64,000 bases of DNA from an uncultured Hyphomicrobiales bacterium (GCA_964513465.1 CAZEMR010000002.1:57479-121478); one strand, 5' to 3'; positions 38,683-49,861 are shown, numbered from the stretch's first letter. Translations and numbers: made by a program. The notes: generated by a model not told the origin, from the sequence alone.

Positions 38683-40731
38683 ATGCTCAATAAACTCAGT
38701 ATTGGCGCCAAATTGCTGATTCTCATCCTTGCCAGCGTTTTCGCGATTTTTGCCGGGATGTATATATATCATTATTTCGTTTCGCGCGCGGCTATTATGA
38801 ATATCGTCCACCGCGAATCTCACAAAACCGCACTCGCTACGGTCAACCGTATCGAGGAGATACTTGGCTCGGTCGAGCGCATTGCCGGGAATATGGCCAA
38901 TTATGCTTCCACGGCGGAATTTTCTACCGGCGAAATTCATAAATATCTTACTTCGACAGTTTCTTATAATGATATAATCTTCGGCGCAACAATGGCTTAC
39001 GAGCCGTTTGCGGCCGACAGCACAATCCGCTATTTTGCGCCATATTACTACCGAAAGGACGGCGCGCTTGGCTATGTCGATCTTGCCGATCCGGATTATT
39101 TCTACCCGAAATGGGGCTGGTATAACCGTCCCCGCGAGGAGGGCCGCGCGTTATGGACAGAGCCATACTACGACGAGGGCGCCGGCAATACGGTGATGAC
39201 CACATATTCCGTGCCGATTTATAAAAATACGGACGGGCGGAGGCAATTCGCCGGGGTGGTGACAAATGACGTCTCGCTTGGCTGGCTGCGGCGCTTTTTC
39301 GATTCGATGTCTTCGTATAAATCCAGCTATTTCTTTTTAATATCGAAGGATGGCACATTTATTTCGCATCCGGATTCCAATCTTATAATGAAAGAAACGA
39401 TTTATTCGGTGGCCGAGCGTCTGGGCGACAGCGTGCTTGCCGGGATTGCCAATCGGATGACATCCGGCGCGACCGGGCTGACGGATTACACAAGCAAAAT
39501 CAGCGGAGTCGAGGGATTTATATATTATATGCCGCTGCGCTCGGCGGAGTGGTCGCTGGGTATTATGTTCAGCGACGACGAGGTGATGGCCGATATGATC
39601 GAATTGAACCGCGAGATTATCATAATCGGGATCGTCGGATTGTTGGTATTAATTATTATCATAATATTAATTTCGCGGACAATCGCCCGGCCGCTGCGCT
39701 ATGCCACCAATGCCGCCGAAGAGATTGCCGAAGGCCGTCTCGATTCGGCCGCGCGGCTTACGGATGAATATCTCGATAAATCCGGGTTGAATAAATATAT
39801 AAATAAATCCACCAAAAATGAATCTATCAGATTATTCGCCGCAATCCGCAAAATGGCCGACAATCTGAATTCGCTCATAAGCCAGGTGCAGCGCTCGGGG
39901 TCGCTCGTTTCGAGCTCGACGTCCGAGATTGCGGCCTCGGCGCGCCAGCTTGAGTCCACCGCCGCCGAGCAGGCCGCCTCGACCAAAGAGGTCACCGCCA
40001 CCAGCCGCTCAATCGCCGACACCGCCGATAAACTGGTCGACACCACAGGCGAGGTGGGCGACAACGTCAGCCGCGCCGCTGCCTCGGCCGAAAGCGGCCG
40101 CGCGGACCTTGCCCGGATGAAGCAGACCATGGATTCCCTGAGCGGCGCCACGCGTTCGATCTCGAAAAAGCTCTCTATTATTAACGACAAGGCCGGGAAG
40201 ATTTCGGCGGTGATTACTACAATCAATAATATCAGCGACCAGACCAATCTGCTTTCGCTAAATGCCGCAGTCGAAGCCGAAAAAGCCGGCGAATACGGCA
40301 AGGGCTTCTCGGTCGTCGCGCGCGAGATAAGCCGGCTATCGGAGCAGACCGCCATTGCCACCCAGGACATCGAATACATGGTGCGAGAAATGCAAAGCTC
40401 CGTGCGCACGGGGGTTAACGAAATGGACAGCTTTGCGCGCGAAATCAAAAGCTCTGTGGGCGAGGTTACTACCATCGGCAGCCATCTGGCTGGTATCATC
40501 GATATGGTAAACAGCCTGAAGCCGCAATTCCGAATGCTGGACGAGGGGATCGGCGGCCAGAGCGAGGGCGCCGGCCAGATAAGCGAGGCCATGACCCAGC
40601 TTGCCGAGGCCAGCGAGCAGACCCGGCAGTCGCTCTCGGAATTCAAGCGGGCCACCGAACAGCTCAACGACGTTGTGCTGAGCCTTCAGCAGGAAGTATC
40701 TAAATTCAAAGTAAAAGAGGATGCCCAATAA
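38683..40731 (+). CDS. methyl-accepting chemotaxis protein (dCache-like sensor)
   Basis: Same architecture as MCP 1. Signalling domain [28 protein letters not shown]. Confidence 0.85.
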   Translation: MLNKLSIGAKLLILILASVFAIFAGMYIYHYFVSRAAIMNIVHRESHKTALATVNRIEEILGSVERIAGNMANYASTAEFSTGEIHKYLTSTVSYNDIIFGATMAYEPFAADSTIRYFAPYYYRKDGALGYVDLADPDYFYPKWGWYNRPREEGRALWTEPYYDEGAGNTVMTTYSVPIYKNTDGRRQFAGVVTNDVSLGWLRRFFDSMSSYKSSYFFLISKDGTFISHPDSNLIMKETIYSVAERLGDSVLAGIANRMTSGATGLTDYTSKISGVEGFIYYMPLRSAEWSLGIMFSDDEVMADMIELNREIIIIGIVGLLVLIIIIILISRTIARPLRYATNAAEEIAEGRLDSAARLTDEYLDKSGLNKYINKSTKNESIRLFAAIRKMADNLNSLISQVQRSGSLVSSSTSEIAASARQLESTAAEQAASTKEVTATSRSIADTADKLVDTTGEVGDNVSRAAASAESGRADLARMKQTMDSLSGATRSISKKLSIINDKAGKISAVITTINNISDQTNLLSLNAAVEAEKAGEYGKGFSVVAREISRLSEQTAIATQDIEYMVREMQSSVRTGVNEMDSFAREIKSSVGEVTTIGSHLAGIIDMVNSLKPQFRMLDEGIGGQSEGAGQISEAMTQLAEASEQTRQSLSEFKRATEQLNDVVLSLQQEVSKFKVKEDAQ

Positions 40732-42828
40732 ATGAGAAAATTACGCGGAAGACTCAGAATCGCCCATAAATTGCTGCTGAGCTGCATATTTTTCGCAATC
40801 CCGATCGGGGTGCTGCTGTGGTATGTGGTCGATGGCCACAATCAGCATATTCGCTTTGCCGAAAAGGAGCGCTCCGGCGCAGAAATAATTGCAAAGGCCG
40901 CCCCTGCGATGGAGCTGATTGCCGAATTCGCAATCGATGATTATATCGCCCGGGTCGGCGGCGAACAGGATTATCGCAGCGCCGAATCCGAAAAGCGCAT
41001 CCATAAGGCGCTGGCCGATCTGGAGCATTTTGCGGGTAAATATTCCGAAATTATGGATTTATCCTCCGGACGGCTCGGGGAGATTGGCAAATCGGATATT
41101 CTGCCGGGGAATATTATGAAAAAATGGGATGTATTTCTGCGCGAAAAATCAGATTTGGGCAATGAGGAATTATCCGAAAATTATATGATTTTTTTGCAAA
41201 ATATTAATTCCCTGATCCGGTATATCGGCGATAAATCCAATCTGATACTCGATCCCGATCTGGATTCGTATTATATGATGGATATTTCGCTGCTTGCGAT
41301 GCCCGATCTGACGCGGCGGCTGGCGGAGTTCACGATAAACGCCGCGAATGCCGCAGCCGATACCGCCGGAAATACCGATATTCCGGGATATATATATAAT
41401 GTGGCGGTCAATGATCTTCTGCCTCGGATCGTAAGCGATGCGGAGGTCTCCGTGCGCGAGGATGCCACTTTCCATGGCGATCATCCCGCCCTCGGCGAGG
41501 ATATGGTCAATAAAGCCTCCGAATTCCGGAACAGAATTGAGAATTATCTGGCAAAATGGCACAGCCCCGGCGCGCAGCCGCTCCGATCGCTTGCGGCTGA
41601 TTCGCATCAGTCCTTTTCGCAGATGCGGGAGTTCTGGCTCGTCTCGAATTCCACGCTGATTGATTTATTAAATAAAAGAATTGATTATTATCAAACCAGA
41701 AAATGGACATCGCTGGCGATCAGTCTGGCGGCCGTTGCGTTAGCCGCGATCGTCGTATTTCTGATTGCGCTGGGCATATCCCGGCGCCTGCGGAGCGTTA
41801 CGCGGATAACCAGCGACATCGCAATGGGCAACATCGCCGGTGCAAAGGAAGCGCTCGAAAAATGCCGCAATCGCGGTACCGGAGTGCGGCTCGATTCGCC
41901 CGGTGCGGCCAAAACCCGCGACGAGAGCGTGATATTGCTTCAGGAAATAAATATTATGACCCACAATCTCGATTCGCTGCTCTCGGAGGTGCGCAATACG
42001 GGTATTCGGATGACCAGCTCGGCGACGGAGATTTCGGCATCGGCGCGCCAGCTCGAATCGACAATCACCGAGCAGGCAGGCTCGATTAATCAGATAAATT
42101 CCACCAGCCGCGAGATTGCCGCAAATTCTGGCGATCTTTCCGATACGATGAAGCTATTGCTCGATCAGGCATCCGAGGCTGCGCGCGTATCCCATAGCGG
42201 AGTCGAGGCGCTCGACGAGCTGAACGAAACCATCCACGCGCTGATTGATTCATCCGAGGAAATTGCCGAAAAGCTCAGCTTTATAAGCTCCAGCGCGACG
42301 AATATCGGCGAGGTGATAACGACGATTACAAAGGTAGCCAATCAGACGAATCTGCTGTCGCTCAATGCCGCAATAGAAGCCGAGAAAGCGGGCGAGGCGG
42401 GCGTCGGGTTTGCCGTCGTTGCGCGCGAGATCAGGCGCCTGGCCGACCAGACAGCCGTCGCCACGCTCGACATCGAGGATATGGTGCGTCAGATGGACGC
42501 CGCCATTCGCGAGGGCGCCGCCGCGGTTGATAATAATTCGCGCCAGCGGGACGTTTCTCAGGAAAAGATTGGCAGGATCAGCAGGGAGTTTACTGTGATA
42601 ATCGACCAGACTCGCGAGATTGAACCCAGATTCGGCGAGGTAACCGAGGGCATGAACGCCCAGAGCGAGAGCGCCCTCACGATAAGTGATGCGATGGCAC
42701 GGCTCAACGATGCCGCGCGCCAGACCCGCGAGGCAATCGGCGAATTCAACCAGGTGACCGCTGCGCTGCGCGATTCGTCCCAGAATCTGCAGAAAGAGCT
42801 TGGGCGATTCAGAACGGAGCAGGAGTAA
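40732..42828 (+). CDS. methyl-accepting chemotaxis protein (helical periplasmic sensor)
   Basis: TM, ~290-aa sensor, TM, HAMP, then an MA domain ([28 protein letters not shown]). Starts 1 nt after MCP 2. Confidence 0.85.
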   Translation: MRKLRGRLRIAHKLLLSCIFFAIPIGVLLWYVVDGHNQHIRFAEKERSGAEIIAKAAPAMELIAEFAIDDYIARVGGEQDYRSAESEKRIHKALADLEHFAGKYSEIMDLSSGRLGEIGKSDILPGNIMKKWDVFLREKSDLGNEELSENYMIFLQNINSLIRYIGDKSNLILDPDLDSYYMMDISLLAMPDLTRRLAEFTINAANAAADTAGNTDIPGYIYNVAVNDLLPRIVSDAEVSVREDATFHGDHPALGEDMVNKASEFRNRIENYLAKWHSPGAQPLRSLAADSHQSFSQMREFWLVSNSTLIDLLNKRIDYYQTRKWTSLAISLAAVALAAIVVFLIALGISRRLRSVTRITSDIAMGNIAGAKEALEKCRNRGTGVRLDSPGAAKTRDESVILLQEINIMTHNLDSLLSEVRNTGIRMTSSATEISASARQLESTITEQAGSINQINSTSREIAANSGDLSDTMKLLLDQASEAARVSHSGVEALDELNETIHALIDSSEEIAEKLSFISSSATNIGEVITTITKVANQTNLLSLNAAIEAEKAGEAGVGFAVVAREIRRLADQTAVATLDIEDMVRQMDAAIREGAAAVDNNSRQRDVSQEKIGRISREFTVIIDQTREIEPRFGEVTEGMNAQSESALTISDAMARLNDAARQTREAIGEFNQVTAALRDSSQNLQKELGRFRTEQE

Positions 42829-42834
42829 ATATAT

Positions 42835-43299
42835 ATGCTGCTGCTGCTTATGAATATCGGCGATGATTTTTATGCGATCGACATCGACCGTATAGTCGAG
42901 ATCGTGCCATTCGTCAACCTCAAAAAAATCCCGCAGATGCCGCGCTATATCGGGGGTATCCTGAATTATCGCGGACGTCTGACTCCGGTGGTCGATATAT
43001 CCGAATTGCTCGCCGGGCGGCCCACCCCGCCGCTGTTCAGCTCGCGGATAATCCTCGTCAGGTATCGCGGCGTCGATGGCGAAAATCATACGCTGGGCCT
43101 GCTCGCCGGGGCGGTGACCGAGACGATAAATGTTAATCCCGAGCAGATTCAAAGCTCGGGCATAGAGGTAGAAAACGCGCCGTTTCTGAAGGATATAATA
43201 ATCGACGAGCGGGGGATGATCCAGCGAATCGATATTGACAAAACATTGCCAAAAAATATTCACGAAGCCTTGTTCAGATCCGGTGAGGGCGATGCGTAA
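42835..43299 (+). CDS. cheW: chemotaxis coupling protein CheW
   Basis: 154-aa CheW-like domain (FYAIDIDRIVEIVP...GGILNYRGRLTPVVD). Confidence 0.8.
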   Translation: MLLLLMNIGDDFYAIDIDRIVEIVPFVNLKKIPQMPRYIGGILNYRGRLTPVVDISELLAGRPTPPLFSSRIILVRYRGVDGENHTLGLLAGAVTETINVNPEQIQSSGIEVENAPFLKDIIIDERGMIQRIDIDKTLPKNIHEALFRSGEGDA

Positions 43300-44536
43300 T
43301 GCCCAGCTCAAATATCTGATCGAGCGCCGCCTGGGGTTTGATATCGAGACGCTTGGCGCGAGCTACGTCGAAAACGCCGTCCGCCGTCTGAGCGAGAGCT
43401 CGGGCGCGCAGGAAATCGAGGATTATGTTACGAGGGTTGCTGGCTCAACTGAAATGATGGCCGCGCTCATCGAGGAAATTGTCGTACCCGAGACATGGTT
43501 TGTCCGCGACAGCGGGGCATTCGATTTTTTGAAAAATTTTGCAAAAAAAATTCATCCGGAAAAGGGCGGGCCGCTGCGGATACTCTCTGCGCCATGCTCC
43601 ACCGGCGAGGAGCCCTATTCGATTGCGATAGCTTTGCATGAAGCCGGCCTCGGCGCGGAGGATTACTCAATCGAGGCCGTCGATATCAGCTATTGTGCTA
43701 TCGACAAAGCCCGCGCCGCCGAATACACGAAGAATTCCATGCGCGGCGCAAGCAATGAATTCATAGAAAAATATTTTGATCGCGCCGGGGATAAATATAT
43801 ATTAAAAAAGGGATTCAGGCGGAATGTGGAATTTCGGCAGGCCAATATTCTCGATCCGGGATTTGCGGGATCGCGCGCCGAATTCGACATCATATTCTGC
43901 CGCAATCTGATGATATATCTGCGCCCGGATTCGCGGCTGCGGCTGTTCTCGGCGGTCGATCGGCTGCTGCGGCCCGGGGGTGCCCTTTTTACGGGGCATT
44001 CGGAGATAATGTTTTTCAACCGGGCGGGTTATTCTCCATCTGGCGCCGCGCGTTCGTTTGCTTTGATTAAAAATGAAGAGCATGATGCGCCGGCTGCGCA
44101 GGAGAAAAAATTCCCCGATACGAAAAAATATTTGAAAAAAATTCGTGAAAATGCCCGGAAAGATAGAAAACGGCCAATAATTGCTCCGAAGTTCGAAATT
44201 CCGGAGCGGTCAAAAGCACCGGCCGCGGAGGATGCGATATCCGCTAAGTCCGTGCGCCGGCTGGCGGATATGGGGCGCTACGACGAGGCGCTAAGCGGCT
44301 GCGAGCAATTGATCGCCGAGCGCTCGCCCCAAGCGGAACTCTATTATTTGGCGGGACTTATCAACGAAGCGCTGGGCAATTCCGCCCGCGCGGCCGAAAG
44401 CTACAACAAGGCGCTCTACCTCGATCCGGAGCATTACGAAACGCTGATAAATTTATGCTTATTATCCGAAAAAATGGGTGACCTCCGCAAGGCCGAATTG
44501 CTCCGGCGGCGCGCGCAAAAGATTGATTTTAAATAA
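43292..44536 (+). CDS. cheR: chemotaxis protein methyltransferase CheR with C-terminal TPR repeats (FrzF-like)
   Basis: The start is taken at the in-frame ATG 43292, overlapping the cheW stop. The CheR SAM-binding core is LRILSAPCSTGEEPYSIAIAL. C-terminal TPR (AELYYLAGLINEALGNSARAAESYNKALYLDPEHYETLINL). Confidence 0.8.
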   Translation: MRNAQLKYLIERRLGFDIETLGASYVENAVRRLSESSGAQEIEDYVTRVAGSTEMMAALIEEIVVPETWFVRDSGAFDFLKNFAKKIHPEKGGPLRILSAPCSTGEEPYSIAIALHEAGLGAEDYSIEAVDISYCAIDKARAAEYTKNSMRGASNEFIEKYFDRAGDKYILKKGFRRNVEFRQANILDPGFAGSRAEFDIIFCRNLMIYLRPDSRLRLFSAVDRLLRPGGALFTGHSEIMFFNRAGYSPSGAARSFALIKNEEHDAPAAQEKKFPDTKKYLKKIRENARKDRKRPIIAPKFEIPERSKAPAAEDAISAKSVRRLADMGRYDEALSGCEQLIAERSPQAELYYLAGLINEALGNSARAAESYNKALYLDPEHYETLINLCLLSEKMGDLRKAELLRRRAQKIDFK

Positions 44537-44550
44537 ATTAATATATATAT

Positions 44551-45201
44551 ATGGAAAACAAAAAAGAAGAACGGTGCTGGAAGACGATCGGCGTATTGGG
44601 CGACGGAAGCTGCGAGCAGCTCGATAAATTCGTCCACTGCCGCCACTGCCCGGTATATTCGACCGCGGGCCGGAATATTCTCGACCGCCCGGCGCCGGAT
44701 AGCGTCGTCGAAGAATGGACGCTCAACATAGCCAGCGAAAAAGAAACCGAGCCGCCGGATACCATCCCGCTCGTGATTTTCCGGATTTATGGCGACTGGC
44801 TGGCGCTGCGGGCATCGGCATTCCAGGAGATGATCGACGTTCGCGAGGTGCACTCGGTGCCATTCCGCACCAACCGCTTTTTCCGCGGACTGGTCAACGT
44901 CAACGGCGAGCTTCTGCTCTGCCTTTCGATGGCCGCGCTGCTGGATATAATGCAGTCCGGCGAGGATAAATTCTCGCGGATGATCGTCGTCCGAAGCGGC
45001 GCCGACCGCTATGTTTTTGCAGTTCACGAAATGCCCGGCGTCTTGAAAATTCCTACGGAATCGATCGGCAAAACGCCATCGACTCTGGCGAAATCGCCGA
45101 TGGCCTTCTCGCGAGGAATATTCGAATTCGACGGCAAAAAAGTCGGCATGATCGACGAAGCATTCTTTTTTGATTCGATCGCAAGGAGGTTAGTCTGGTG
45201 A
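44551..45201 (+). CDS. CheW-like protein with N-terminal Cys-rich (putative zinc-binding) extension
   Basis: N-terminus CWKTIGVLGDGSCEQLDKFVHCRHCP (C-x10-C-x8-C-x2-C), then a CheW domain (VIFRIYGDWLALRASAFQEMIDV...GLVNVNGELLLCLSM). Confidence 0.7.
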   Translation: MENKKEERCWKTIGVLGDGSCEQLDKFVHCRHCPVYSTAGRNILDRPAPDSVVEEWTLNIASEKETEPPDTIPLVIFRIYGDWLALRASAFQEMIDVREVHSVPFRTNRFFRGLVNVNGELLLCLSMAALLDIMQSGEDKFSRMIVVRSGADRYVFAVHEMPGVLKIPTESIGKTPSTLAKSPMAFSRGIFEFDGKKVGMIDEAFFFDSIARRLVW

Positions 45202-48200
45202 GCGAAAATCAGAATTCGGCCGATATGTTCATGCTGGAGCTGTTCCACACGGAGGTGGAGAACCACGCGCGGACGCTGGAGGAGGGCCTTGTGCGGGTCG
45301 AGGACGATCAGTCGGCGTCGGCGATCGAGCCATTGATGCGTGCGGCGCATTCGATAAAGGGCGCGGCGCGGATAGTTGGTCTGGACGATGCTGTAACATT
45401 GGCCCACGCGATGGAGGATGTTCTCACCGCTGCGCAATCGGGCAAGCTGCGGCTCGGGCAGGCGATAATCGACGAATTGCTCGGCGGGAATGATATTTTT
45501 ATCGATACGATTGACCAGCCAGTTGGCGAAATCGAATCATTTTTTAAATCGAATAAAGAAAAAATCGAGCAAATTTCGAATAATCTGAAAAAATTGATGT
45601 CCGGCGAGAAGCCTGCGTCACAGACCGAATCACAGCCAAAGCCGGCTCCCGAGCCAAAACCCGCACCCCCGAAAAAAGAAGAGCCTCCACAAAAAAATGA
45701 GCCAAAACAGGAATCCGGCGGGGCGGATATGTTTATGCTGGAGCTGTTCCACACGGAGGTGGAGAACCACGCGCGGACGCTGGAGGAGGGCCTTGTGCGG
45801 GTCGAGGACGATCAGTCGGCGTCGGCGATCGAGCCATTGATGCGTGCGGCGCATTCGATAAAGGGCGCGGCGCGGATAGTTGGTCTGGACGATGCTGTAA
45901 CATTGGCCCACGCGATGGAGGATGTTCTCACCGCTGCGCAATCGGGCAAGCTGCGGCTCGGGCAGGACGACATCGATCTGCTGCTCGATTGCAATGATAT
46001 ATTTATAAAAATAATCGATATTTCGCCCGGGGAAATCGAGGGCTATCTTAAGTCGCAGAAAGGGGATATCGAAAATCTGGCCGGAGAGCTGCGCAAAGTA
46101 TTATCAGGCGAACCGCGCGCCGTTAAACCGGTGGAGGCCCCGCCTGAAGAAGAAATTACTCTCGAAAAATTCAGAGAAATTCTAGCGAAAAATTCTTCGC
46201 TGCTTGAGGTCGGACTAATCGAATCCGAGGGCGCGCAGTCGGAGGAATCGCTTCGTGAGCTGGCCGGATTATGCGCAGAAATACGGGAATTATCAGGGAA
46301 ATTCGATTTCCGGACGCTCGGGGAAATGCTCGGCGGGATGGAAAAGGCGCTAAATGCCGCGGCTCGCGGCGAAATCGCACTTGCCGCAGCCGAGATAAAT
46401 TTATTGCTGCGCTCTAATGACGTACTCGCCAGCATCGCCCAGATGGAAGCCTCGGAAATCGAAGATATTATCATCAGCGAATCGGGGATAATCGAGGAAT
46501 TCACCGGCGAATTGCGCGAAATTCCGCAAAAGCGGCCGCCGCGAAAACTCGAATCCGCCGAGCTGCGCGACCCCGCGGAAGCCAGCGACGAAGAGCTTGC
46601 CGATTTCCGCGACCAGGTGGCCGACAGCGCTCTGGTGCTTGAGCGCGGAATAGCCACTGAGGAAGGCATTTCCGCTGAATTTGCGCCAATGATGCGCGCG
46701 GCGTGGTCGATACGCGATGCCGCGCGGAATGTTGGATTCACCAGCATCACACGGCTGGCGGCGGCCATGCAGAGTATGTTCGGGGCTGCGTTCCACGGCC
46801 GGATAGAGCTCTCGGGCGAGCAAATCGAATGGCTTCGGCGGGGAGCCGGAGCGCTCCGCGAGATGATTAGCGCCGGGGCGATGGAACTGCTTGATATATA
46901 TATAAATAAGACGGATGCGATCGACGATCTCGTCCGCCTGATAAGCGATTTCCTGGGCGAGGAGATGTTGCTGCCACCCGCTCCTAAGACAGAAAAGCCG
47001 AAGGAGCTGCCGGCACAGCCCGCCAAAAAAGATTCGCCGCCAAAGCCGGCCGCGCCGGAGCCTCAGGCGCCTCGGCAGGACGACAGCTTCGTTCGAGTGC
47101 TTTCGCAGAATTTAAATAAATTGATGGGGCTGTCGGGCGAGACGCTTGTCAAAGTTAAATCAATTAAGCCATTTTCTACGAATTTACTCGAAATAAAAAA
47201 TTTATTATTCGAATTTAATTCCCTTCACGAAAATATTGTCCAGAATCTTGAGGACAACCCCGCGCTGCCCGAATCGTGGCGGCTTAAGCTGGGCGAATCA
47301 TCCGAAAAGCTCGGCGATATCCGGCAGTTGCTACTCGGGCATATCGATGATTTCGAGATGTTTTCGCGGCGCCTCGAAAACGTCGCAGAGCAGCTATATT
47401 CCGAAGCCGTCGCCACCCGGATGAAGCCATTCGCCGAGGGATTGCACGGCTTCAACCGGATGGTGCGCGATGTGGCCAAAAAGCTCGGCAAGCGGGTGAA
47501 TCTGCGCATCGAGGGCGAATCCACACGGGTCGATCGCGATATACTCGAAAAGCTCGAAGCGCCGCTGAATCATCTGCTGCGCAATGCGGTCGATCACGGA
47601 ATCGAGACCATCGAAGATCGTGAGCGGAAGGGCAAACCCGCCGCAGGAACGCTGACGCTCAGCGCGCGGCACCGCTCGGGAATGCTTATTATCTCGCTTA
47701 AAGACGACGGCCGCGGAATCGATCCCGCGAAGCTGCGCCGCAAGGTAGTCGAAAAGGGCTATGTCAGCGAGGAGATGGCCGCAAAATTATCCACGCCGGA
47801 ATTGATGGATTTCCTCTTTCTGCCGGGATTCTCGACGGCGGAGAAGGTCACGGAAATCTCCGGGCGGGGCGTGGGACTCGACGTCGTATTCTCGATGGTA
47901 AGCGAGGTCGGGGGCACCGTCCGCGCTGATTCGGCGCCGGACGAAGGCACCACATTTTTGCTCGAATTGCCGCTGACGCTCAGCATATTGCGGACGCTGC
48001 AGGTCGGAATCGCCGGCGAGTCGTACGCATTGCCGCTCTCGCGGATCGACCGGATTTTCGATATAAAGGAAGACAACCTTAAAACAATCGAGGATCGGCA
48101 GTATTGCGTATTCGACGGCGAAAACATGGGCATCGTCGATGCCCGCAAGGTGCTCCGGCTCGGCGAGCGCGAGGAATTTTCCGAAAAAATTCATCTGGTA

Positions 48201-48827
48201 ATAATCAGCGACCGGCTGAACCGCTACGGCGTGGTGGTCGATCAGTTCCTTGGCGAGAAAGACCTCGTCGTCATCCCGCTCGACAAAAAGCTGGGCAAGA
48301 TCCCCAACATCAGCTCCGGCGCGATAATGGAGGACGGCTCGATCGTGCTCATACTCGACATCGACGACATGGTGCGCTCGGTGGACGATTTGCTTAATCG
48401 CGAAAAATTAAATATAAAGGAACGCGGCCGCGCAAAAATCGCTCAATTGCGCAAGCGGATTCTCGTTACCGATGATTCGCTTACCGTCCGCGAGGTCGAG
48501 CGCAAGCTATTGGAAAACGCCGGTTATGACGTAACTCTGGCGGTCGATGGCGCCGACGGCTGGAACAAGCTTAGCGCCGGTGAATTCGATCTGGTGATCA
48601 GCGACGTCGATATGCCGCGGATGAACGGCATCGAATTTGTTTCGAAAATCCGGAGCGAAGTCAGATACCGCGATTTGCCGGTAATGATTGTATCATATAA
48701 AGATCGGGAAGAGGACAAGCTGCGCGGACTTGATGCGGGCGCAAATTATTACCTGACCAAAAGCAGCTTTCACGACGAAACGCTGCTCGAGGCGGTGCGC
48801 GACCTGATCGGGGACGCCCGCGAATGA
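45198..48827 (+). CDS. cheA: hybrid chemosensory histidine kinase CheA-CheY (ChpA/FrzE-like) with two identical Hpt domains, a degenerate third Hpt-like domain, HATPase, CheW-like and C-terminal receiver domain
   Basis: Hpt motif AAHSIKGAARIVG occurs twice, and AAWSIRDAARNVG occurs once. CheA-type HATPase (NAVDHGIE...GRGVGLDVV). CheW-like region. REC (ILVTDDS...ISDVDMP...TKS). Pro/Lys-rich linkers. Confidence 0.85.
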   Translation: MSENQNSADMFMLELFHTEVENHARTLEEGLVRVEDDQSASAIEPLMRAAHSIKGAARIVGLDDAVTLAHAMEDVLTAAQSGKLRLGQAIIDELLGGNDIFIDTIDQPVGEIESFFKSNKEKIEQISNNLKKLMSGEKPASQTESQPKPAPEPKPAPPKKEEPPQKNEPKQESGGADMFMLELFHTEVENHARTLEEGLVRVEDDQSASAIEPLMRAAHSIKGAARIVGLDDAVTLAHAMEDVLTAAQSGKLRLGQDDIDLLLDCNDIFIKIIDISPGEIEGYLKSQKGDIENLAGELRKVLSGEPRAVKPVEAPPEEEITLEKFREILAKNSSLLEVGLIESEGAQSEESLRELAGLCAEIRELSGKFDFRTLGEMLGGMEKALNAAARGEIALAAAEINLLLRSNDVLASIAQMEASEIEDIIISESGIIEEFTGELREIPQKRPPRKLESAELRDPAEASDEELADFRDQVADSALVLERGIATEEGISAEFAPMMRAAWSIRDAARNVGFTSITRLAAAMQSMFGAAFHGRIELSGEQIEWLRRGAGALREMISAGAMELLDIYINKTDAIDDLVRLISDFLGEEMLLPPAPKTEKPKELPAQPAKKDSPPKPAAPEPQAPRQDDSFVRVLSQNLNKLMGLSGETLVKVKSIKPFSTNLLEIKNLLFEFNSLHENIVQNLEDNPALPESWRLKLGESSEKLGDIRQLLLGHIDDFEMFSRRLENVAEQLYSEAVATRMKPFAEGLHGFNRMVRDVAKKLGKRVNLRIEGESTRVDRDILEKLEAPLNHLLRNAVDHGIETIEDRERKGKPAAGTLTLSARHRSGMLIISLKDDGRGIDPAKLRRKVVEKGYVSEEMAAKLSTPELMDFLFLPGFSTAEKVTEISGRGVGLDVVFSMVSEVGGTVRADSAPDEGTTFLLELPLTLSILRTLQVGIAGESYALPLSRIDRIFDIKEDNLKTIEDRQYCVFDGENMGIVDARKVLRLGEREEFSEKIHLVIISDRLNRYGVVVDQFLGEKDLVVIPLDKKLGKIPNISSGAIMEDGSIVLILDIDDMVRSVDDLLNREKLNIKERGRAKIAQLRKRILVTDDSLTVREVERKLLENAGYDVTLAVDGADGWNKLSAGEFDLVISDVDMPRMNGIEFVSKIRSEVRYRDLPVMIVSYKDREEDKLRGLDAGANYYLTKSSFHDETLLEAVRDLIGDARE
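45221..45966 (+). repeat. tandem direct duplication inside cheA: two ~245-bp copies (about 45221-45462 and 45725-45966, period 504 bp) with a 232-bp perfectly identical core
   Basis: Nucleotide-identical block atgctggagctgttccacacgg...ctgcggctcgggcagg in both copies. The reverse-frame ORFs 45024..45437 and 45630..45941 in the track share an identical 69-aa peptide, confirming nucleotide identity. Confidence 0.85.
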
Positions 48828-49861
48828 GAATAGGGATCGTCAATGACGTATCGCTGGCGGTAGAGGTGCTGAGGCGCACTATCCACCAGCAGCCCGGACT
48901 CGAAATCGCATGGGTGGCATTCGACGGCGAGGAAGCCGTCCGCAAAAATGCCGACGACAAGGCCGATCTGATACTTATGGATCTCTTGATGCCCGTGATG
49001 GACGGAGTCGAGGCCACCCGGCGGATTATGACCGAAAACCCCACGGCGATTCTGGTGGTGACATCGACAGTAACCGGCAATTCCGGAAAGGTATTCAGCG
49101 CAATGGGTTATGGCGCGCTGGATGCGGTTTGCACCCCCGTATTCGGTCCGGGCGGGAAGATAGAAGGCGCCCGCGATCTGTTGAAAAAAATCGCCACGAT
49201 CGGGAAATTAATTGGCAAAGAAAATATTGAATTAGTAAATCATAATTCGGAAAATGATAATTGCAAAGGCGAACTCCCGCCGATGGTGGCTATCGGCTCA
49301 TCGACCGGCGGGCCGCGTGCGCTGGCGGATATACTCACATGGCTGCCAGGGGATTTTCCTGCGGCGGTGGTGGTAGTCCAGCATGTGGATTCGCAGTTCG
49401 CGCGGGGGCTGGCCGACTGGCTCGACGATCAGACCTCGCTCCGGGTCAAGGTCATCCGCGAGGGCGACCACGCCGAAAAGGGGTATATATATATTGCGGA
49501 AACGAACGACCATGTGGTGCTCGACCGCGACCGGACTTTTTATTATACCCCCGAGCCGATGAATTATCATTACCGGCCATCGGTGAATACATTTTTCAAA
49601 AGTCTTAACGAAAACTGGCCGCGGCGGGATGTGGCGGTAGTGCTCACCGGTATGGGCGACGACGGCGCAAAGGGTTTGCTCGCGCTGCGCGAGGCCGGAT
49701 GGCACACAATCGCACAGGACAAGGAGACATCGGTGGTTTACGGAATGCCCGGTGCGGCGGCCCGGCTGAATGCGGCCATCGAGATATTGCCCGTCGAAAA
49801 AATTGCAGAATCAATTATTAAAAATATTAATAAAAAGGCTAATACAAATGCAGCAAAATGA
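48824..49861 (+). CDS. cheB: chemotaxis response regulator protein-glutamate methylesterase CheB
   Basis: REC domain (LILMDLLMPVMDG) plus methylesterase domain (VAIGSSTGGPRAL, VVVQHVDSQF, DGAKGLLALREAGWHTIAQD). 4-nt overlap with cheA. Confidence 0.85.
   Translation: MRIGIVNDVSLAVEVLRRTIHQQPGLEIAWVAFDGEEAVRKNADDKADLILMDLLMPVMDGVEATRRIMTENPTAILVVTSTVTGNSGKVFSAMGYGALDAVCTPVFGPGGKIEGARDLLKKIATIGKLIGKENIELVNHNSENDNCKGELPPMVAIGSSTGGPRALADILTWLPGDFPAAVVVVQHVDSQFARGLADWLDDQTSLRVKVIREGDHAEKGYIYIAETNDHVVLDRDRTFYYTPEPMNYHYRPSVNTFFKSLNENWPRRDVAVVLTGMGDDGAKGLLALREAGWHTIAQDKETSVVYGMPGAAARLNAAIEILPVEKIAESIIKNINKKANTNAAK

Noticed and set aside
49790-49810. A one-nucleotide discrepancy between my by-eye coordinate reading and the ORF-track frames near the A-run around 49796-49802. 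Similar discrepancies of 1-3 nt appear at a few other places.
   Set aside because: This is almost certainly my manual counting of homopolymer runs, not a real frameshift, because the ORF track translates cleanly through these positions. For that reason the coordinates I derived by hand (tRNA, hairpins, internal starts) carry an uncertainty of a few nt.
48824-49861. Possible inactive CheB receiver. The acidic pair reads N-D (IVNDVS) instead of D-D.
   Set aside because: The phospho-acceptor Asp (LILMDLLMP), the Thr/Ser and the Lys positions are present. A single Asn substitution in the acidic pocket is tolerated in some receivers. There is not enough evidence to call it a pseudo-receiver.
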